Source of the DNA: Lytechinus pictus
Lineage: Eukaryota
Assembly: GCF_037042905.1 (NCBI RefSeq)
Contig: NC_087252.1
Span: forward strand, 4,960,001 to 5,024,000
Reading direction: 5' to 3'
DNA length: 64,000 nt
Shown in pieces: positions 41,701-55,475 of the stretch. Each line of letters opens with the position of its first letter. Within the stretch, counting starts at the first letter, position 1. The notes under the pieces were generated by a model, which was given only the letters and a program-made list of their open reading frames with translations, was not told where the DNA came from and searched no databases. Made by a program: the position numbers and the translations under genes.

Positions 41701-44395
41701 GGGGGGGCGGTTAATTGACAAAGTGAATGTCAAACTGTAGACTGTTTAGTCGACTCGTTATCTGATATCTGAAGCCAGTTTGCAGCCCGCATTCAATAAC
41801 TATACTTTGTTTCGCTTCAACTTCAGTAGTGATGACACTGTTTTGTAGTGTACGCAATGCTTTACGCACCTGCAAAGTTTCACAGTGATCCTGGGCCGAG
41901 ATCTCGGGGGGGGGGGGGGCACTTGATGCCCCCCAAAAAAATAACGTAGTCTTTTTAGGGTTAAGTCAGAAAGTTGTTTGTTGTATGAAGTAAGGTCTTA
42001 ATTATTATATTTTGTTAAGTTGTTTTCTTCAACTGCTTTTGTTTTTTAATTGACAAAGTAAATGTCAAACTGTAGACTGTTCAAACCTGACTTAGTAAAT
42101 GTCAACTTGTAGACTGTTTAACCCTTTTCCTTTGGGGGCAGCGGGGGGTCAATTTGGCCCCCCTCCCTCAACAATCTGCGTGATAACTCCACAATGCGCA
42201 TGGGGAGGGGTGGCACTTGATGCCCCCCCCAAAAAAAAAAAGTTTTCACAGGGCCCAAAATAACCTAGTCTTTTTAGGGTTAAGTCAGAAAGTTTTTAGT
42301 TGTATGAAGTATGGTCTTAATTATAAGTAATTTTATATTTTGTTAAGTTGTTTTCTTCCAATGAACTTTTGCTCTAAAGAAGTTCCTATGTTGAGTGATG
42401 TCAACATTTTTTTTAAACTGCTTTTGTTTTTTAATTGACAAAGTAAATGTCAAACTGTAGACTGTTCAAACCTGACTTAGTAAATGTCAACTTGTAGACT
42501 GTTTAACCCTATTCCAATGGGGGCGGGTCAATTTGGCCCCCTCCCTCAACGATTCACGTGATAACTCCACAATGCGCAGTGATCTCTGCAAGCATAATTG
42601 AATTGAAGTATGATTATGCTAAAATTAAGTCATTTCAGCCATTTGAATTTTAAAAGTGAATTTTTATATTGATTTATTGAAACATAGAAATATTGCATTG
42701 CATTTGTACCCAAAATCATGTTTTTTAGTCATTTTTTGACTTGATGAAAAGTTTTCAAAGGATCGTGGCCTTAAATCTGTATGTGCAGTCACGATAAATT
42801 TGGTGTTGACACTGTTGAAAGTTGTGCGATACTTGTTAAAAAAAAATTCATGAAAGCTTGTGCCAAGACCACTATGCATTATGGAGATATTGTGTGAATC
42901 GTTGAGGGGGAGGGGGTAATCAAATAGACCCCCACCCCCCCCCCCCCCCAGTTGGTTAAGGCCTGATCTGGGTGGTGAACTTATAAAGGCAGTTAAATTG
43001 TATGTAAACTAGAGTAGAAATGCACCTGTATGTGATATAATTATTCTGTGTATATTTCAAAACACTTCTCTCATTTCCATCATCTATAATGATTGTTTGT
43101 TTGCCCTAATTATCGTTAATAATTAAATGACCTGATATTTTCAATAGGTGTTTTATACTTGACTCATTAGCTTGTCACCAAAAAGAGAATTCCAAAGTGT
43201 AGGGTGCCTGCATTTTTCCAATAGTTCGGATGTAGAAGCAATAACATGCCATATAGCCAGGGGAGGCGCCAGGGTGTTTTGGTAGGAGGGGCGAACTTTC
43301 CAGGGGGGGGGGGTGACATCATAATATTTTTTGAAAATTGAACAACAGGGGTAAAATCAGGGTAAAATGGCTTATACATGATTAAAAACGCTATTTTTAC
43401 AATTATCTACCCTTCACCCTTTCTTTTTCTTCCTCTTTTTCTTCTTTTCTCTTAATTTTTTTTCTTTTTTTTTCCTACTCAAAATATTGCAACCGCATCT
43501 TTCAGCAATTTACATGGGAGGCCTACTAGTTTTTCAAAACATGACTTAAAGTACATATATAATTTTTTTCCACCATTTTATATTCCTTGTTGTTGTTTTT
43601 ATAGAATCATCCTAATTATTTGTAAATATTGTAATTAATAGTTATTTTTTCTAATCCCTTATAATTATTTGTATAAATAATTCATGTAATTTTGTTTCTA
43701 AATAAACATATAAATATAAAAAAAGTTGTTACATGTATATAATGATCGATGTGTTCTTGTCTGTGTCATTATAATATTACAATATATGTTCTTTTTTTAC
43801 ATGATTTTCTGTATAATTGTTTTATTTTGTAAAATATACCAAACTATTATTTAAGAATTTACATTTCAGCAAGGTAAAAACTTTACATAACTGCTGTGTA
43901 TTTTTTTAAATGAATCATTTTGGTGTAAATTTTACTTCTGTATTCTGTACCCTTTACTCTGCTAGTACATGGAGAACCTATTGGGTGAACACAATAACAG
44001 AGTAAAGGGTACAGAATACTGAAGAAAAATTACAACAAAATCGGATGCATTAAAAAAAATTAGTCAGCAAGTATGTAAAATTTTTACCTAGCTTAAATCT
44101 AATTCTTACATAATAGTTTGGTATATTTTACAAAATAGGGGTTAGGTAAAACTTTACACAATTGTTGTGGAGTTCTATACGTACATCGCAGATGTGTATT
44201 TTTTACAAAATGAAAAAATTACACAGCAATTATGTAAAAAATTTACTTTGCAGAAATGTACATTCTTACATAATAGTTTTGTATATTTTACAAAATAGGG
44301 GTTAGGTAAAATTTCACACAATTGTTGTGGAGTTCTATACGTACATCACAGTTGTGTAAAATTTAACACAACTTGTGTAAAATTTTCTGTGTGTG
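38752..44395 (+). mobile_element. EnSpm/CACTA (CMC)-like element, 5.6 kb, no transposase seen
   Basis: Termini CACTCACAGAAA / TTTCTGTGTGTG, 2-bp CA on both sides. Subterminal inverted repeat 43826-44135 and tandem repeats 44105-44350. Confidence 0.65.
39227..41590 (+). CDS. Transposon-borne spliced ORF (172 aa): SAM-like N-terminal fragment plus SAMD3-like C-terminal region
   Basis: Exons 39227-39290, 40320-40438, 41255-41590 with GT-AG sites and matching phases. Translation MAYVETVLRGWGLGDYVDKFE..QPFILVIG..AVDTCYKAVYVLDLEYQPQCCGAWEFLQTYIY. Confidence 0.6.
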
Positions 44396-46380
44396 CATGA
44401 TATATGTCACAACCGTCACTTGTAATTCCACAAAATATTTTTTTTCTAAAGAAATGCGATTTTACTTTTTTAAACTTTTCTGCATTTCATGAAACCAAAA
44501 CTGTATATAAAAAATTAGTGATCATTAAGGGAGGTCCAAATAGATGATTGATATTATGTAAATCTTTTGTTTTTAATCTTATAATAATTTCGTAATAGCT
44601 TGCAAGAGGAAATCATCTTCCATGCTAGGGTGAATTAGTTATAAGGTTTTCTTTTCATGCTGAATGACAAAGAAATCAACCAGCTCTGACCAGTGAAAAT
44701 CACCAGTTTAGCTGAAGGGATTCACAAAAGAATAGGCCTACATGAAGTCAATTAAAATGGTTAGAATCACCTATTTCATGTTCTATGGAGATAAAAAATA
44801 CCTATTCAGTTCACTTAATGTCAAATCAATTACTTAAATAAAACTAGGCCTATTGTCTATAGTTTCTGAATCCAAATCCTGCAATGAAATGCAGTATATA
44901 TTATGTGTCGTACGGGACAACTTTTAATAGGACAATTATTGAAAATTGAAGGGCAGTAATAATTATTAGATCCTTATAGGATAAGTCGATTCCCCATGGG
45001 TCAAAGATAGAGAAACTGATATTGTAAGATTGCATCATCAAAAGTAAAAGTGTAGGAAAAACTTTTGCATTTTCTTGTGTCGTACGGGACATTGCCTAAA
45101 AAAGGTTCGGAAAAATCAGGGATCCCCCAAATATGGATCATGAAAATTTTGTAGATATTGTTTTGAACCATCAATAATAAATTATTCCATTGACCTATAA
45201 CATTTTCAATTCTTGTGCTTTGCCAATAATGGTTTCAGGCAGTGTTTGTACTTGACTATTTAATCAGCAAAATTATTGAAAATTGAATATTCCATTGTTT
45301 CCCGCTAAAAAAAATATATCTAACTTCACTTTTGGTTAAAACTCATAATTTTCATAAAATTGAAGTATCATAGTAAAATATTACACTACTTATGACTTAT
45401 TGAAAGCATGTTGAAATTTATGAAAAAAAGACGGGAAAGCCAGTACAAGGAATATAAACAAAGGAGAAATAGTACAGCCTGTTTACCTTTAAAAAGAAAG
45501 TTCTAGCTATATAGGTCATTTAACTTTATGTATGCCTCAAGGCGCTTTGGCAACTCTTTATTTAAAATTGTTGTGAAAGAAATGGGGATAAAGAGTATTT
45601 ATCGTGAAAAATATCAATGAAATGTCCCTTCTCAATGCTTTCTACATAATACGTTCAGCATATCAATAGATCTGTATACCAACTTCTAAAAGAAACATAA
45701 ATTTCAGTCATGAATAATTAAAACTTGAAATCAATTTTAATGGGGCAGCTACTCGTATCCGTCAGGAATGAAAAACTCGAAATTCTAATCACTATTTGTT
45801 TATTATTATTTATTTATTTATTTATTCATTTTTTTTTTTTTGGGGGGGGGGGGTATTTTCACATTTTTTTCGTCAGAGCGTATATCTACATAAAAATCAT
45901 TTCCAACCCGCTCCTAAAAGAATCAAAATTTTAGTCATAGACCATTAAAAAATTATAATTCATTCTGTTTGTATTACATAACATAATGGGGCAGCTGAGT
46001 CAGCTCGTATATTATAGGACGTCAGAAATCAAAGAAATCAAAATTGTAATAACTTCCTTAATCTTTGATGGATTATCCTCAATTTTTTATCTGGTATTTT
46101 TACAACTTATTTTTCGTCAGAGGGAAATTTTCCTATAATAAGAACTACTAAAACTTTGGATGCAAAATTTCCGAAATAGTAATTTTGGCCAACATATATT
46201 TTATATTTGTAAAATGGGTACCGGTAATCATTTCATTCTTCAATGAACAATGTCAGCCGTGCTTGCGAGGTGGCGCTATTCCAGAATGGAATGGTTTATG
46301 CAGAGAGTGGCCCACTCGCTGGATTATCCCTGGATAGATCTTTATTTTGCTCAATCATTATATTCCACTGGCGGATCCAA

Positions 46381-46412
<32 letters not shown>

Positions 46413-46821
46413 CCGGTCCATGCACTTCCCCCTCTTTTGAGAGGCACAATTAAAATTTGTATTGTAAAAATGCCGTCAAAACACAAGTGGGCCCCCCCCC
46501 CTTTGAAAGTGAGGACCTTTTTTTTGCTTGCTTGCTTGTCAAATTTTTCCTCGGGAAAATGTGCCCCCCTTTTCTCATAAATAAATAGAATAAATGACGA
46601 ACACGTATAGCGCATTAAAGGTAAGAGATAGTGAGGCAACTGAAGTGAGGGCGGTTATGATAGCACCATCATTGACACTGATGAATGACGTAATGATTGG
46701 CAAGCCTTTTTTTTTAATTAAAAATAAAATTTATATAGGCTTTATATAAAATGGTGATATATTAATATATAGACGCAATGCCTGCAACGAAATTTCAACA
46801 TGTTTGAGTCTATGAACTGGA

Positions 46822-47759
46822 ATGACAGTTCCACAGTTATGTTTGTGCGCATTATGATCTGCGCATAGTTTACACTCTGCGCGCTGACGTCACAATGGAT
46901 GAGCAGGTGATTAATTAGCTGCGGGTATGAGCTGATTTTTCTCATCTTCTGCACTTTAACTGCAGATCCGATGCGTTATTTCACAGAAGCTAAAAAATTG
47001 AATTATTCCATGGACCATTAAAAAAAAAAATCTGTACAATTTCAAAATACTTTACTCTGCAGTGCTGCCAAGAATAACGAATATTACCCCGAGTTTGTAT
47101 AAATGGTAGAGTGGTTTTGATTTTTTCTTCATATAGATACAAAGCATTCGGCGCATTTTTGGTGTTTTAGAAAGCACATTTGCTCTAATAAAAATGCTGA
47201 TAGTTTAAAAACAAGCACATGAACCCCTATTTTTTAATGTTTGTACCTCTAAGGTATACCTTCCTCTACAACTCTGCAAATTTTGGTGAAAATGACATGG
47301 ATTTTGAATAAAGTGCAGCATTTATTGTACGTTTGTAGTTTTTAACTGAAATTTTACATTTTTTAGATTGGGATTTTGTTATCTTTTACGCCATTTGTAA
47401 GAACTGACAGTGCTGTTAAACTTAAAATTGCAAACAATAGCACTATAAATAGATTCTCCATTTTAACGATACAATTATTAACTCTCTTGCGAAATTTGAT
47501 GATTTTTTCATGTATTTTTACTGAGTAATAGAGGTTTAAACTCATTGTAGTAATCTTGGGCGGTCTAAAAATGCCAGATTCTTTTGAATGCGCAATTCTT
47601 AAGAACATCAATTTGGGTGAATTTTGAAGCTCTATAGCAAAAAATCAAGCACATGGACCTATGTTAATTTTTGCATATTTCGAATATTAAGGTTCTAAAG
47701 TATCTATGTGCAAAGTTTAGTGAAAATGACATGGATTTCACTTTAACTGTGGAACGTCC
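46822..47759. mobile_element. Degenerate TIR element
   Basis: GTTCCACAGTTA near 46828 and TAACTGTGGAAC near 47744, followed by TTAA at the right end. Confidence 0.5.
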
Positions 47760-48241
47760 TTAAAGGCTTTAAACATATCCCCTCTTTTTTTTTTTTTTTT
47801 TTTTTTTTTTGGGGGGGGACCCCTGCTAACCAAGTTCATTGACAATGTTGATGTTTCCCCTCTTCTCTTTTAACTTTTATGGGCATTGGAAGTCCTTCCA
47901 ATTAATGCCCCCCCCCCCGGGGGGGGGGACGAATCGATGACCTCATTTTTTCTCAATTTGCCTCCTGCTCTGTTTCGTTAGATTTTTAAAATAATTTTCT
48001 AGGCCTAGTCAAGTCATTATTTTTTATAAACGCATACCAAGGTATCCATTTTCATTTCGTTTCTTGGCAGTTGATTTTGTAACCATGCCCATGGCATAGT
48101 TTATTGTCTATATAATTACGATTTTCCGGACCATCTTGATTGTCAAAATAGCTGTGATGTACTAGCACCAGAAATATATATATATAGGGCCTAGGCCTAT
48201 ATATATATATATATATAGGCCTATACCTATATATATATATA

Positions 48242-48296
48242 CAGTGGCGTAACTACGGGGGGGCATGGGGGGGCACGTGCCCCCCAATCGGCTGGC

Positions 48297-48327
<31 letters not shown>

Positions 48328-49774
48328 AGAAAAGGGAGAAAAAGAGGGAGAAGAAAGAAACGTAGTGGGAAAGAAGAATTTATTGTACATTATAATGTTA
48401 TATTATATTATATGTTGTGTTATATTACATAAGAATTATTTTTTTTCTTCATAACTTTATGAAACATAATGTGCTCAGGTCCTATTTGTTCATTATTCCT
48501 GGTACTAGCATTGTCTGTTTAACGAGATATACATGTACAATCATGTTGTACCAAAACGTCCTGTTTTCAAGTCAATATGCACCAAATATATATCATCGCA
48601 CTTCGAGTTATTATTGTTTTATGTAGTGACATATGCTTCTTTTCATGACTACTTAAAGTGATAGCCCAATTTTAAGGTCTGTATATAAAAAAAATCCTTT
48701 TTCGTGTTCGTGCTTACGTTCGAATTAGTGAATTGATGAGATTTGTCTGCTCTTCATGAATTCCTGAAATCGGTCCTTAAAATGTTTCTTTTTCTAATGT
48801 AAATATCAAAAATTTTCAGCTCGCGCTTCGCGCTCGCATCATTTGTTTAGTGAAATACGTATGGTCATAGTAGATTCCTACAAACAAGCCTTAGAATGCC
48901 CCTCTTCAGATCTGAATTTCCTATATTTTCAGCTCGCACTTTGCGCTACTGAGATGCGTATGATAATCATGATTACTATGACTACAAAAAGCTCTTCGTG
49001 TGTTTGAATGTGATTCTAACAAAATCAGCAATCGCTTGGCACTCGCATTGGATGACTATGGTGAGATATGTATACTCTTAATGGATTAAAAAAAAGAAAT
49101 AGTCCTTAAAATGTCCCTGTTTGGGGTCAATATATACAAAATTTTCAGCTTGCGCTTCGCGCTCGCATCATTTTGTACGTGAAGTACGTATGGTCTTCGT
49201 AAATTCCTACAAACAAGCCTTAGAATGCTTCTCTTCGGGTCTGAATTTCCTAAATTTTTAGCTCGCGCTCGCAATATCTGATTAGTGAGATGCGTATTTT
49301 AATCATGATTACAATGACTACAAAAGGTGTTTCATGTTTTCTAACAAAATCAGCAAGCGCTTGGCACTCAAATTAGATGAGTATGGTGAGATATGTATTC
49401 TCTTATTTGATTTCTAAAAAAATAGTCCTTAAACTGTCTCTGTTTGGGGTCAATAAAAACAAAAATTTCAGCTCGCGCTTCGCGCTCGCATTGTTTGTTT
49501 AGCGAGACAGATACGTATTTTTTTTTTTTATTTAATAGCTTATTTTTACCCTTTTTAGATATGAATTTCAAAAATTTTCAGCTCGCGCTTCGCGCTCGCA
49601 TCATTTGATCAGTGAGATACATTACATATCCGTTTAATGGCACAGTCCTTAAAATGTCTCTATATAAGGTCAATAGGCCTATACCTGGTAATTGAGCGCG
49701 CTTTGCGCGCTCACTGAGCGACTCAAAATTTTTGCTGGTGCCCCCCCAATGACGTGACCCACGGTACGCCACTG
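48242..49774. mobile_element. hAT-like non-autonomous element inserted in a TA run
   Basis: CAGTGGCGTA / TACGCCACTG termini, internal GCTCGCGCTTCGCGCTCGC repeats. Confidence 0.75.
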
Positions 49775-50580
49775 TATATAGGCCTATATATATAGTCCTA
49801 CTCCTAGACCTAGGTCTATATCTTCGGGGAATACTTTTTACAGCGAAATTTGATAAGCTTTATCATTGCAATGAATCATTTCTAACTGTTAGCTCTTTTT
49901 AAAATTAGTTTCCAGTTCTCATCACTCACAGGCACGTGCAATTGTTTTTACTGCTCGGAATGCTCTTAATAGGGGCGCCTGATTTTTTCCCCAAAATCAA
50001 GGAGAAAAGCCGACCCTCAAAAAGGTAGAATCCGGGGCCAACACTCTCCGTGGATGCTCAGAGGTTGATCCATAAATGGGGGCAGTGGCGTAATAACTAT
50101 GGCAACAAATTTGAGGGGCCAGACATAGTAATATCTTGGGGCAGAATTTTTGAAAAGCTGCGCTCACGCGGATAAATCAAAATAAAATTTGGGGGAGTGG
50201 AACATCACTGCCATCAGACTGGAGCCCTCTCCCACCAGTCCAAGTTGAAATCATGAAGCCAAAATGACCCAAAGGCAAAGTCAGATTCAGAAAAAGGGTG
50301 TCCGATAATCTGACTTTAAGTTTAAGTTTGGGTTTATTTTAGCTTTTTCTAGGACCCACATAATCATGATAATCGTCATCAATTAATAGGGCCTAGGCCT
50401 AATATAAATAATATCGAAACTCAAGACTAAAGCCCATCCCCGAGGCCTGACCCCACCAAGAGAGGAATCCATTAGGGCCTAATTATTTTGACAAAGCAAA
50501 AAACACACCCAACCCTGTCTCCGGTACCGTACTATTAGTATTTCCCCATTAAAAATAAATAAAGAGACTCGTCAATTCGT

Positions 50581-50615
50581 TCTTTCTTGGAAATGTGATG
50601 GCCCTGAAAAGGGCC
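50581..50615 (-). terminator. Histone 3' stem-loop plus histone downstream element (U7 site)
   Basis: Minus strand GGCCCTTTTCAGGGCC (50615-50600) followed 10 nt later by CAAGAAAGA (50589-50581), the sea-urchin-type HDE. Confidence 0.95.
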
Positions 50616-50643
50616 GATTTGATGGTGCTTGGGCACAGGAAAT

Positions 50644-51054
50644 TTAATATTCCTGGCTCTGGCTGCTCTTTCCACCCTTCTTGGCAGCAGCAGACTTCTT
50701 GGGGAGAAGCACAGCCTGGATGTTGGGCAGAACACCTCCCTGTGCGATGGTGACTCCGCTAAGCAGCTTGTTCAACTCCTCGTCGTTACGGACGGCCAGC
50801 TGCAAGTGACGGGGGATGATACGGGACTTCTTGTTGTCGCGTGCGGCGTTGCCAGCCAACTCGAGGATCTCAGCTGCGAGATATTCGAGAACAGCAGCCA
50901 TGTAAACAGGGGCTCCGGCTCCAACACGGGAAGCATAGTTTCCCTTGCGAAGGAAGCGATGGACACGGCCAACTGGGAACTGAAGTCCTGCTCGGGCTGA
51001 GCGGCTCTTTGCCTTGTTGCGTGCTTTTCCGCCTTTTCCTCCACGTCCAGACAT
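50644..51054 (-). CDS. H2AX: Histone H2A.X, 136 aa, intronless
   Basis: Canonical H2A core ([43 protein letters not shown]) with an extended tail ending SQSQEY, the SQ(E/D)-hydrophobic motif that defines H2A.X. Confidence 0.95.
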   Translation of the reverse strand: MSGRGGKGGKARNKAKSRSARAGLQFPVGRVHRFLRKGNYASRVGAGAPVYMAAVLEYLAAEILELAGNAARDNKKSRIIPRHLQLAVRNDEELNKLLSGVTIAQGGVLPNIQAVLLPKKSAAAKKGGKSSQSQEY

Positions 51055-51119
51055 CTTGAATTATTGAGTAGTTAGTGCAACGTGAGTAAAACGAATGAAT
51101 GATAATTGAATGCCGTGTC

Positions 51120-51165
51120 AAGCTATTTATACCATTCGTAAAGGATCGCGCAGTAACCAATCAAA
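51120..51165 (-). promoter_or_regulatory. H2A.X core promoter
   Basis: Minus-strand TATAAATA about 70 nt upstream of the ATG, preceded by GATCC (about 51142-51146) and an inverted CCAAT box (51157-51161). Confidence 0.75.
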
Positions 51166-52113
51166 TGGCTCGAAAATTAATTTATTCATACTCAACCCGC
51201 CGGCCGGCCGATCCCTCACATTGATTTCGAAAAGGCGGGCATGATTCCTCCGACGTCCGCATTTCATTGTGTGTTAGAGTTGACTTTATCGCGACAAGAG
51301 ATGGCGATCTATTTTTTGCTGATGTTCAACAAGTCGGTTGTGTCGTCTGCTAGCGTTAAATTTATAGGATGGATACCGGGGATGGACATCGTTTTCTGCA
51401 AAAAGAATACCAATATGAATAAATAAAAAGGACAGTTCTCACTCAGAGAAACATGGTAAACTTCGTTATTGCCAATCGTACTGCCCCAAAACCAGGAGCC
51501 CTTTTGAACGGGAAGTTCACCCTGACAAAACGTTTGAAAATTAAGAAATAGCAAAAAAAAAGAAGAAAGATAAAAAGTGGTGAAGGTTTGTGGAAAATCC
51601 ATGAATTTTAATCATTTGATTTGTCATATGCGAACAGCATTTCGAGTTCCTACGTAATGTATGGTAAAAAAAACAATGAAATTTCATTTTCACGGAAAAT
51701 TAAAAATGGTTTGGTATCACGATCGAAGCACCCGCTCCTAAAAATAAAATAAAAAGATAAGTCATCACGAACCATTAAAAATGAAATGTATGCATTTTAT
51801 ATTAAGGCCTACATAACATCTGAAGCAGCTGCTGGTTTATGACATCGCAAATCAAGAACTTGAAATTCTAAGAACGAAGTTAATCTTGAATAGATTTTCC
51901 TTAAGCTCACCAATATGCCTATATATGTTTTTTGCTATTCTTACAACAAAGTTTTTGCCCCTTTAAAGAAGCCATCGGTATTGGCATTATGGATTTAAGG
52001 AGTTCTATTTAATTTAATCCACCTCTATATTATATGACATAAAAGTCACCGTGAGCCCCGCGGGCCTACTGCATGATGGCAGACCCGTTCCGCTGTAAGT
52101 TAACCAAAATTAA

Positions 52114-52725
52114 AGGACAAGTCCACCCCAACAAAAAGTTTATTTGAATAAAAAGAGAAAAAGCCAACAAACGTAACACTGAAAATTTTATCGAAATCGG
52201 ATGTAAAATAGGAAAGTTATGACATTTTAAAGTTTCGCTTAATTTCACAAAACAATTATGCACATCCTGGTCGGTATATGCAAATGAGGAGACTGCATGA
52301 TGACATTATCCACTCACTATTTCTTTTGTATTTTATTATATGAAATATGAAACATTCTAATTTTCTCCTCATAGTCAAGTGAAAGTGAAACAACAATATT
52401 TCCTCCCTGAACATATGGAATTAGCATTGGTTAATACTATATGGTTCAGTCAAGTTGGGCCATATTGTCATATTTGTAAAAAATGAAATATTGTATAATT
52501 CAAACAATAAAAAACAAAAGAAATGGTGAGTGAGGGACATCATCGACTGTCTCATTTGCATGTCACTGAGTTGTGCATATCAGTGTTTTTTGAAAAATAA
52601 GCGAAACTTTAAAATGTCATAACTTTTTTATTTTATATCCGATTTTGATGAAATGTTTAGCATTATGCCAATTTGATTTTTCTCTATTTATTCAAATCAA
52701 CATTTTCCTGTGGTGGACTTGACCT
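52114..52725. mobile_element. TTAA-flanked long-TIR MITE (Kolobok-like)
   Basis: TTAA|AGGACAAGTCCACC..GGTGGACTTGACCT|TTAA with long inverted arms. Confidence 0.85.
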
Positions 52726-54005
52726 TTAATGTTGTGATCCAATTTTATCTGAGGAGCGCTCATTTTTAGGGGTAAACTCCTAATTGGAGTGAGGTGGCAT
52801 AAGGTTATGTTCCCCCAGTTTGAACCGTTGCCCCAAAAATATTTCGAAAAAGAAGGAACAAATTCAGAGAAATTTGTTAAAGGGGGTAAAGGTTCTTTGA
52901 GAAGCCCAGAAGCTCATGGTGTCGCAACCCATTTCACATGTATCATATTCAAGCTGTAAATGCTCTAAATCTTTCACTCTTCAAAACAACAACAAAAAAA
53001 TGTGGTACACCTATACTTTCCATCCTTGTCTCTCCCAACGTTTTATTTTGCCCTTTACTTGCCCCCACCCCTTTTGAAAATTCGGGACTCTTTCTCGGAG
53101 GATGCTTTGTGAAATAAATATATTTGGAATTGAAGTGCAATATTCAAACAAGTAGTCGAGCGCCATCTCTTGTTCAAAGAGATAGTAGAAAATCAGAGAA
53201 AAGGGATGAAAGAACAAGGAGAGGAATAATTAGGAAAGTAGGAGGAAGAGGAGGAGCACGAAGAAGAAGAAAAAAACTTAATAAATGAAAAAACGAAAGG
53301 AAGAGGAAAAGGAAGGGGAAGAAGAAAAGAAAAAGAAGCATAAAATAAAAGGAATGTGATTATCGGGAAGAAAATTATATTTTTTAAAATTTTATCCATT
53401 TCACTTTCATTATTTCAATAACTGATGCTGAAAACAAAATAACCAAAGACAAATGCAGACATAATTTATTTGAATGGTTTACTTCAATACAATTTATTCA
53501 TGTAAATCTCTAACGTATCATATATTCATAATGAATATTATTATGCCATAAAAGAGTAAAAAAGGTACAAAAATCAAGGCTGCGTTCTTTGGCAAGTTTG
53601 TTCAACTTTGAATGAAAAAGTGACAAATATGAATACCATTATCACTTTAGGAAGTAAGTATACAAAGAACTATAATGTAATAAAATCATGCGCTTTTGTC
53701 ATATAAGGAGGGTTGACAGGGGTTACAGAATCAGGGAATGGGTTTTTACAATAAGTGAGTACAAAAACCTGATGATTATTTTATTGTGATTTAGTGCACA
53801 TTCGCCCCCCTACTTTCAAAATCATTGAAAGACACGCTCCCACTTTTTCAATTACTACTTAATGTGTACAAACTCCTGACAATAACCATCTTATTGTGAC
53901 TTTATACTTTGGCCAACCCCTCCCCACTTTCCAAAACATTCCGCACCCCCTGGTTGAAACTAACTACAAATTATAAAGCCTCTCGTAAGTTGTTACAACA
54001 TGCAG

Positions 54006-54210
54006 CAGAGCTGCCAACCTCTGTTGACCAAAAAACACAATGATCCATAATTAAAATCATATTTTGAAGGAAAAAAAACACATTTTGGTAACAAAATTGA
54101 TAAATTACACATATGAAGCATGCCAATAAAAAAAAAAAAAAAATTTGCAATAAAATAATCATTTTTTGTCACTTTTGATTATCGTTAAAACATCTTAGTT
54201 TGCAGCTTTG
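54006..54210. mobile_element. Degenerate MITE of the CAGAGCTGCCAAC type
   Basis: CAGAGCTGCCAAC / GTTTGCAGCTTTG termini, flanks ATGCAG / ATACAG. Confidence 0.55.
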
Positions 54211-54751
54211 ATACAGTCCTAAAAACTACACCAAAGGAAAAAAAAATACAGTTTTTCATTCAAGCATGAGGCAGAGGCAGAGCAAGAAAATAAGAAAGTA
54301 TTTTCTTTACATTTTGTTTTTGGCAAAAATGTGGCATAAGAATGTAAAAGGATACCAAATGGATACTTAAAAAAAACTGTCGCATTTCTTTTTTCACTCA
54401 GAAGGATACATTGGAAAGTATTAAAAAAACATATTTGGCAAATAACATAAATTTGAAGTACAAGTCTAATGATAATGAGTCTATAAATGCTAGCTACTAA
54501 AATGCAAATACATGATAAAGTGTACTTTATATGCACAGTTTAGTCTAAGATTATTTACACGTTTAAAAAAAAAACATGAACATACTAATCTTGGCGTGTA
54601 TGGAATCATGAGTACTGGTAAAAAAAAACAGAGGAAATAAATGACCAATTTTTTCAGTACTTTTCAATTTCATTGAATATATGCATATAATATGTAAATA
54701 TACCTGTTTTCACAAAGTCGAATACAATACATAATCTCACAAACTTTCATA

Positions 54752-55063
54752 GGCCCATATTCTGAACTCGGGTTTAAATTAAACCCTGGTTTAAAGTTGT
54801 GGTTAAAGTATGGAGAGCCAATTGGAGCACAAATACTTTACAGTACACGTTCAATATATTAACTCATATGACACCCAAATTGTTGATAATTGTCTGGGAA
54901 TGATAACTGAAGTATTTTTCTTCATAATGAAAGCAGAAGGAAACAAAATAGTAAACATAAGAAATATACAATATGAACAGAATTTTTGAACTTTTGGCTC
55001 CCCATAAATTTAGCACAGAGTTAGACCGTGGTCTAAGTTAAACCTGACTTCAGAATATGGGCC
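54752..55063. mobile_element. ~300-bp MITE family, copy 5
   Basis: GGCCCATATTCTGAA / TTCAGAATATGGGCC termini. Confidence 0.85.
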
Positions 55064-55475
55064 ATAGGTTTGAATGGGCTCACTTGATTGCTTAGATATT
55101 AGAGAATACCATCAAATTCAATAACATACTTTTACTCGCATAGAAGGGCCTGTTACTTCCAAATTTGTTTCTGTTCACTAAAATCTTGTCACTGTAAATG
55201 CTGAAAAGGCAAAAATGCGGTACTAAAAGTAACCGTGCAATTGTCTTGACCCAGGCTCGGCCTGAACATTTTCCACTGTGCGCAGTCCTAAATGCATTTT
55301 CTTTGATGACAGAAAACCATACAAATACGATAATTCACATATATATTAAAGAAACAATGTTTAACACACCTATATAGCATTATTACAAACATCAACATAT
55401 TCAAACACTCAAATACAATATTTTTCTTCTGTAAACCCTTTGAATCTAATCATATTTCACAAGTGATGCCAAAGT

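Larger units (their letters stand above)
37815..45100. mobile_element. Probable older host element with GTGTCGTACGGGAC repeats, interrupted by the CACTA-like element
   Basis: Motif at about 37834, 38000, 38229, 38386, 38407 and again at 44904 and 45077. Boundaries not resolved. Confidence 0.45.

Noticed and set aside
50535-51160. Overlapping antisense and alternative-frame ORFs over H2A.X
   Set aside because: Typical shadow ORFs of GC-rich histone codon usage.
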